A stretch of 63,372 nucleotides of DNA, counting the filler, from Globobulimina sp. (Eukaryota), in NCBI GenBank assembly GCA_003354225.1. It is 24 parts of 24 records of this genome, joined end to end, with 100 filler letters (N's around TTAATTAATTAA, not from the genome) between each part and the next. Parts side by side here need not be neighbours in the genome. Positions count along the whole stretch, not along the records: positions 55,543 to 58,086 come from PIVH01006087.1; positions 58,187 to 60,729 come from PIVH01006088.1; positions 60,830 to 63,372 come from PIVH01006089.1; 21 more parts are not named here. The stretch is one strand, 5' to 3'. Made by a program: the position numbers and the translations under genes. The notes beneath the pieces were generated by a model. It ran no database searches and was not told where the DNA came from. It saw only the letters and a list, made by a program, of their open reading frames with translations. Positions within the stretch are counted from its first letter, which is position 1, and each line of letters begins with the position of its first letter. This document shows, one piece after another, positions 57,323 to 63,372 of the stretch.

Positions 57323-58086
57323 ATGGTGTTGTCACAGAGAAGAACAGCTGTCAGCAAATGCAAACACTGGAATTTGTTGAAGGTTTCTTATTGTTCGAGC
57401 ACGGCATCCATACGTTCATCGCTTCGGGATTTGTCGCGTCAATATGATAAAAACAATCCACAAAATAATAAAATATTAATACATAAAGCATTTGATATTT
57501 ATAATAAAAATAAAGTTGAGACAAATTGTCGCGTAATTAATGATCTCTTAAAACTATGTGTTACGTTCAAATATTTATCAAAAGGCTTATTATTATGGAA
57601 TGATATAAGCAACGTTCACCACTCTGAAACTATACACATATTATATCCATTACTATTAAAATGCTGTGTTAATAACTCAAACGGCAATGGCATGCATATC
57701 AACAAATGCATTCAAATTTTAAAATGGATGAAAGACTGTAATTATACCATTAAGAATTCAGATAAAAGTCAATATTGTAAGGACATTATAACACTGATCA
57801 CAAAATGTGATGATAAATTGCATAAACTGCTTGAAATCCAGTCTCTGATCGATGTGGATGATAACAATTTGTATGTTAAAACAGCACTAATCAATAAATT
57901 TGGGAAATGTACCAATGGATTACAGTATGCAATAAACATATTCTCCTCAATTCATGGCAATGATACAAATTCAGTCGTAATAAATGCAATGATGACCATT
58001 TTTTTACATCACAATATGAATAATAATGTGTTACAATTGTACAATAAATATGAATCATTGCATGATGGTATAGCTCACGTATTAGC
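57323..58086 (+). CDS. Pentatricopeptide repeat (PPR) protein, probably mitochondrial, 3'-truncated
   Basis: Presequence-like N-terminus; NLYVKTALINKFGKC...AINIFSSI...VVINAMM PPR motifs. Confidence 0.75.
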
Positions 58087-58288
58087 NNNNNNNNNNNNNN
58101 NNNNNNNNNNNNNNNNNNNNNNNNNNNNNNTTAATTAATTAANNNNNNNNNNNNNNNNNNNNNNNNNNNNNNNNNNNNNNNNNNNNGACCACCAGAAGCC
58201 TTGACAATTTTAAAAACAAAATTCCATACATTATCAAAACACATCTGATCCCACATAAACCCAAACAATATATATCACAACAAAACAG

Positions 58289-59330
58289 TGCTCATAAAGC
58301 ATTAAAAGAGCAGTTTGATGATGACATATTTCCACGACATCTTGTCGACATATTAAAACTTGACATAACCGACGCTAACTCCATCCAAACCGCATCGGAA
58401 TACATTAAACAAACATACAATTCAAAAATTAATGTCTTATTTAACAACGCGGGAATCGCATTTCGTTCAAACCAATTTAATCCAAACCTAACTGATCAAA
58501 CATTGAACACAAATTTCTATGGAACTATGAATATCACCAAAGCACTCTGTCCCTTTGTCACTGATCGAATATTTTTTGTCTCATCGCGTAGTGGAGCATT
58601 ACAACAATATTCCAAACAGCGAATCGGTGATTTTTTAGATCCGAAATTGAGCGAAACAAACCTAATTAATATGGTACAGGAGTTCAAAACTGATGCTTTG
58701 CCGCTGGTCTCTGGGGATTTTAAGGACGAGCTTGCCATTGAAAAAAGTGGATGGACGTTGAATGCATATAATTTGAGCAAAGCAGCGATTTCAATGTATT
58801 CCCGCATTTTGGCTGTGGATTTATTTGAAAAACAGAAACGACGAATATTTGTTTGTGCTTATTTTCCAGGTAACTGTCGTTGGTATTTTATAAGCAGACA
58901 ACCGCATAAATTATAAGTTGTGTTGCAGTCTGCTTATAATTTTTGGAAACGTTGTTGTAACGAATATGGATATGTGTTATATTCAGGTGATTGTAGGACG
59001 GATATGACCCAATTTAATGGTGAAAGGAGTCCCGTTGAAGGTGCGTTTGGTCTGACAAGTATGGCTTCGATGTTGCTCGATCATGAGGAGGATAATGAAA
59101 AGAGAGAGAGGTTGGGGTTGGAACAGGATGATTTGTTGCCATTTGATGTACCAAATGGAGTGTTGTGGACTGCTTTTTATGCGAAAGTGGGTGATTTGAG
59201 TAGTGTGCAGATAGAAGCAGTGGATTGGATAAATCCGGCAAAGAGTGTGAGTTGGGACAATATTTTAAGTGATTTTGTGATAAGGAAAGGAAAAGGCGTT
59301 ATTTCTATTGATGATCAAGCCTCGCCATAA
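58289..59330 (+). CDS. Carbonyl-reductase-type SDR, 5'-truncated; intron 58870-58986
   Basis: LDITD, LFNNAGI, TNFYG, VSS, YNLSK (YxxxK) and spliced PGDCRTDM. Confidence 0.9.
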
Positions 59331-59473
59331 TTGCGTATATGTACAATGATATTGATATGAATTAGTCAGTTATGCCCCTACAATATCTTACTTTCGGTTC
59401 AGATTATAACGTTCGTTCGATCATTATTCAGATGCAGAAAGTTTTGCACTTTGAAACTTTTGCTGCTTGAAAC

Positions 59474-60577
59474 ATGGCAGAGAGACGAATTCAAAAAGAG
59501 TTGGATGAAATTATCCAAAATCCAATACAACATTGTGATGTGTTACCAATTGATGGGAATTTATTTAAATGGGAAGGTGAAATTTTAACTGAATTTTATC
59601 GAAGTACTGAGTCTAAAAATAATAAATATATCCATAAATTCCTCGTAACTTTCCCTAAAGATTACCCATTCAAACCAATACAAATCAAATTTATCTCAAA
59701 ACTTAATCATAAAAACATTGATGGAAAGGGCATTATGCAGTATTTAAAAGATTTGACTGATTGGTGTCCAACAAATACAATAAGCAAAGTATTAAAAGAT
59801 GTAAATAATATATTATCGGATCCTGGATCTATTTATGCTGTTTTATATAAACATTTTGCGACAAATACACAGCAAATAAATAAAAATAAAACATTTAGGC
59901 AAAATCCATTGGAATATTTTGAACAAAAGAATCAAAATAAACGCAATACTGATATGAAACTTATTTTTTATGATGAAATATCAGGTAAAAGTTCATATTT
60001 TCATCGTTATGATTGCAGAAATGATAAAATATCCAAATATGAATTTATTATATTTATTCCCGATTTGACTGCTCAAACAATGATAAAAAATGGAATTAGT
60101 AAATATTGCACAATTCCAAGTATTGGTGATATAATTTGTGGAATGGTGGGTCCACATTTTAATGGATTTGCGGAACTCATTTACTTATCATACAGCAATG
60201 CATATGGTGACAGTGAGACATTTTGTGCAAAGGTTAAATTTTATTTTAAAAGCAAATGTGTTGAGTTTGGTGTTCAAAAATATGTTGAATGGGGTGAATA
60301 TGTGGAGGAGTATAAATTTCATGAAATGCCATTGGAAGCCCAATTGAATCAGTTCCAACAGGAATTGTCGGAGAATGTGTTGGGTGAATTGATGGATGTT
60401 TTGCCAGATTTGTTATGGATATATGAGAAATGGCCACAAACAGTATGGAATGAAGATAAATTAAAGTATACTTCATATGTTGAATCGAATAATTTATCGA
60501 TTTATAATCCTGTACATAATGCTCATTATAAGGTTGCAAACAGTGTCAGTCCATTATATTTAACTTTTTTGGCTTAG
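59474..60577 (+). CDS. UBC-fold protein lacking the catalytic Cys (E2 variant) with C-terminal extension
   Basis: MAERRIQKEL, FPKDYPFKP, and HKNIDGKGIMQYL where the consensus is HPNI...G.ICL. Confidence 0.8.
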   Translation: MAERRIQKELDEIIQNPIQHCDVLPIDGNLFKWEGEILTEFYRSTESKNNKYIHKFLVTFPKDYPFKPIQIKFISKLNHKNIDGKGIMQYLKDLTDWCPTNTISKVLKDVNNILSDPGSIYAVLYKHFATNTQQINKNKTFRQNPLEYFEQKNQNKRNTDMKLIFYDEISGKSSYFHRYDCRNDKISKYEFIIFIPDLTAQTMIKNGISKYCTIPSIGDIICGMVGPHFNGFAELIYLSYSNAYGDSETFCAKVKFYFKSKCVEFGVQKYVEWGEYVEEYKFHEMPLEAQLNQFQQELSENVLGELMDVLPDLLWIYEKWPQTVWNEDKLKYTSYVESNNLSIYNPVHNAHYKVANSVSPLYLTFLA

Positions 60578-60604
60578 TTTCGTTTCATTTCATTTGAACG
60601 ATTA

Positions 60605-60727
60605 GCAAAGTTTTTGGTTAGCTAGAGTGGTTTTCAACCTAGTATTCGAAGTTGACCTAGGTCCTCCAATACTAGGTAACTACGAATACTAGGTTGAAAA
60701 CCACTCTAGCTACCCCAAAAACCTTGC
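60605..60727. repeat. Near-perfect ~120-bp hairpin (MITE-like)
   Basis: Perfect 30-bp arms at 60619-60648/60683-60712, with imperfect inner and outer extensions. Confidence 0.85.
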
Positions 60728-60829
60728 CANNNNNNNNNNNNNNNNNNNNNNNNNNNNNNNNNNNNNNNNNNNNTTAATTAATTAANNNNNNNNNNNNNNN
60801 NNNNNNNNNNNNNNNNNNNNNNNNNNNNN

Positions 60830-61225
60830 GGCATAAAAGCTACGAAAATCGTGCAGATTAATTACAGACATCCGGTGATTATTGATTTGAAGAATAGAAT
60901 CGAGGATGGTGAAGGCGAAGAGAATCTGGAATTGGAGGATTTGGCCAATTTATTGTTGGATGTGGCATTAATTAAATCTGGCTTTGAGATTGATAATGAA
61001 TATCAACAGTCGTTGGTGGACAGAGTGGATCGTATTGTACGTAAACGATTGAATGTTGATTCGAATGCGGCATTGGAAGAGGAGCCGGAATTTGCAAATG
61101 ATGTGGATGAAGAGGAGGAGGATGAAGATGAGGATGAGGATGAAGAAGAAGAAGAAGAGGAGGAAGAATTGCAGGATGAATCTGATGAGGAGGAAAGCGA
61201 TGATGACAATAAAGAAGAGTTATAA
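60830..61225 (+). CDS. HSP90B1: ER Hsp90 (GRP94/endoplasmin) C-terminus
   Basis: QINYRHPVIIDL...LLDVALIKSGF, an acidic tail, and terminal KEEL (ER-retention type). Confidence 0.88.
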   Translation, partial: GIKATKIVQINYRHPVIIDLKNRIEDGEGEENLELEDLANLLLDVALIKSGFEIDNEYQQSLVDRVDRIVRKRLNVDSNAALEEEPEFANDVDEEEEDEDEDEDEEEEEEEEELQDESDEEESDDDNKEEL

Positions 61226-61565
61226 ATTTGAGTAATGACTGACTTTTTTTTTTTTAGAAATATAAATTTTGTGATTTAAGACATTTTGATTATGTACATT
61301 TGACAAAATTTTATAAAATTATTGCCTTTTTTTTATTATTTCTACGTAAAGTTGAACGTAGTTTGCAAGTCGATCATTTTCGTTAAGCAGCAGCAGTCGA
61401 TTATGTAATATAAACAAATACCATGCATAAATAGCGAATGGATTGATAAATATACACATTATGAAACAAACTATGCTAAATTTAGCAATCTAAAAAAAGA
61501 ACATCTCCTTACACTTCCTATAAAGCAAATTCAAGAAGCAAAATACGAAAGTGAGGACAAACAAA

Positions 61566-63372
61566 ATGAAGACTTTATTAACAATGTTAATACTTATTGC
61601 AATTAGTATTAAAAATTCATCCGCGACAACAAACAAACAAATAACTGGTTATTATGCCTCGTGGCAATGGTATGATCGAAACAAATTAGCAAAACCACAA
61701 AATTTAGATTTCAAGAAAGTTAAAACTGTAAATTTTGCATTTTTTCAAACTGATAAACAAGGTAATATTTTTGGTACTGATTCTTGGGCTGATCCAAATT
61801 TATTATTTGGTTCTATTATTTGGTACATTCCACCAGATCAATCTCCAGAAACACGATCAGATTATAAATGTTATTCTGCTGCACCAGGAGAAAAAACTTG
61901 TCACAATTATAATCTTGAAGAAGGTTTAATCCATATCGTACATGAACAAGGTGGTACAATATTACCATCAATTGGTGGTTGGACTTTGTCTGACACATTT
62001 CCAGCGATGGATGACTCAAAATCAACACGTGATAATTTTGTAAATCAATGTATTGCGTTGATTGAAGATTATGGCTTTGATGGAATTGATATTGATTGGG
62101 AATATCCAGGCTTCGCACATCATAGTGGCACAGCGAAAGATAAAGAAAATTTTAATTTATTGTTAGCAGACTTAAGACAAGCATTGGATGTTCTTTCAAC
62201 AAAAACAATGAAAAAATATAAATTAACAGCAGCATTACCATGTGGTCCGCAACATATTGAAAATATTGAAGTATCCGTTGTTGCGCATTTATTGGATGAA
62301 TTAAATTTGATGTGTATGTACTATTTTTTTTTTGTTTCTAAGTCATCACTATATTACATATAATTATTCATTTCTGTTTTATTGTTATATAGCTTATGAT
62401 TTCCATGGTGCTTGGGACAACAAAACAGGGGTTAATGCACCATTATATTATCAAGGATTTGGTGATCAAGCTTTCAATGTTGATTCATGTGTAAATACAT
62501 GGATCAACAGAGGTGCGCCAAGTAATAAAATCAATATGGGTTTAGCATTTTATGGTCGATCAGTCACAATTGCAAAAGGATTAGATGAGATTCATGGTGA
62601 AGTAGATAAAAGTCATTGGTCTGATGATGATGGTTCGCCACAATTTTATAATATCGAAAAGAAACTGGGTGACATGGTATCAGTTCGTCATGAACCTTCA
62701 AAGACACAGTATGCTTATTTTCCTGACGGTGGTTTTGTATCATTTGATGATAAACAATCAATTGGCGATAAAGTTGAATATGCTAAAAACAAAAATTTAA
62801 ATGGTGTTTTTATTTGGGAACTTTCAGGTGATCTTCGTGATGATTTAACGACACCATTATTAGATGAAGTTAATGCAAGAATTAATAATCAAATTGATCG
62901 ACCTCTTAATTTATTAACATGGAATCATAAAACTATAAATCCCACCGGATACCCAACAGAGTCTCCTACAATAACTACAAACCCGACAGGAAATCCAACA
63001 AAAAATACAACAGTAATTACGAGAATAAACTGTATTAACTCATGTAATGTTGGGCAGGATCATTCTTATCAACACTCATGCAAAAAAGGCTGTAATTATT
63101 ATGCAATATGTATTTGGGGTGTTTTACATGACGCGAAATGCCCTGATTCATTAGAATGGGATAACAAAATGAAAAGCTGCGTACGTAAATCAGATACATG
63201 TGAAGCTGTTGCCGCAAGTTTGCCAACATCAATTACCAGAACAACAGATCAAGGTGTAGATGATGAAATGTTGTTACATTTAGAGAAAAAAGCAAAAGAA
63301 CAACAAATAAGATTTCAAGAATTACAGCACGAAGCTTCAAACTTAGAAGAAGAAGAAAAAAAAGCAATAAAA
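61566..63372 (+). CDS. Secreted GH18 chitinase with PT linker, CBM14-like chitin-binding domain and coiled-coil tail, 3'-truncated; intron 62314-62392
   Basis: Signal peptide, SIGGW, FDGIDIDWEYP, spliced MSYDFHGAW, FYGRS, IWELSGD, then C...GCNYYAIC...CPDSLEWDNKMKSC. Exon 2 is open to the window end. Confidence 0.93.

Noticed and set aside
2547-60829. Regularly spaced TTAATTAATTAA motif every ~2645 bp, suggesting an array or gene-sized chromosomes
   Set aside because: It is embedded in N runs and is a synthetic six-frame-stop linker. The equal spacing reflects length-sorted contigs.
30377-61225. Alternative genetic code or stop-codon readthrough
   Set aside because: Conserved genes end properly at TAG (G-alpha) and TAA (GRP94), and at TGA for DnaJ (3308). 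Apparent breaks are explained by short introns.
1-63372. Gene clusters or operons spanning neighbouring segments (for example UBC genes, or 7TM with G-alpha)
   Set aside because: Adjacent contigs are unrelated. Only within-contig adjacency is meaningful.

Overview
This window is not one locus. It is 24 unrelated assembly contigs of 2546-2543 bp, sorted by decreasing length and joined by an artificial 100-bp spacer (N44-TTAATTAATTAA-N44), so nothing is syntenic across a spacer. Most contigs come from an AT-rich, gene-dense eukaryote that uses the standard code and has short GT-AG introns (52-117 nt) and very short intergenic gaps. The protein mix (TPR, PPR, G-alpha, 7TM, SPRY-like, mucin-like surface proteins) suggests a rhizarian such as a foraminiferan; this is inference only. 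Recognisable genes include GPD2, a DnaJ, an RPEL-repeat array protein, an F-BAR protein, LYR+ApaG, GT8, an XK-like protein, a GRIP golgin, G-alpha, DDX1, a PTGR-type reductase, 2OG-Fe(II) oxygenases, UBC proteins, SDRs, GRP94 and a GH18 chitinase. Two contigs begin with short bacterial fragments (tRNA-Glu with terminator and a protein C-terminus; a GAF domain) fused to eukaryotic DNA, probably as amplification or assembly chimeras. Mobile DNA includes a LINE-type endonuclease ORF, a hAT MITE with an 8-bp TSD, a retroposed insert with an 18-bp TSD and several foldbacks. The most interesting signals are a gene-by-gene C/A-to-G/T strand-composition polarity, a perfect T-shaped three-way hairpin with iterated palindromes, a TauD plus double class II aldolase fusion, and a long RPEL array. 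All family assignments come from motif recognition; no database search was run.
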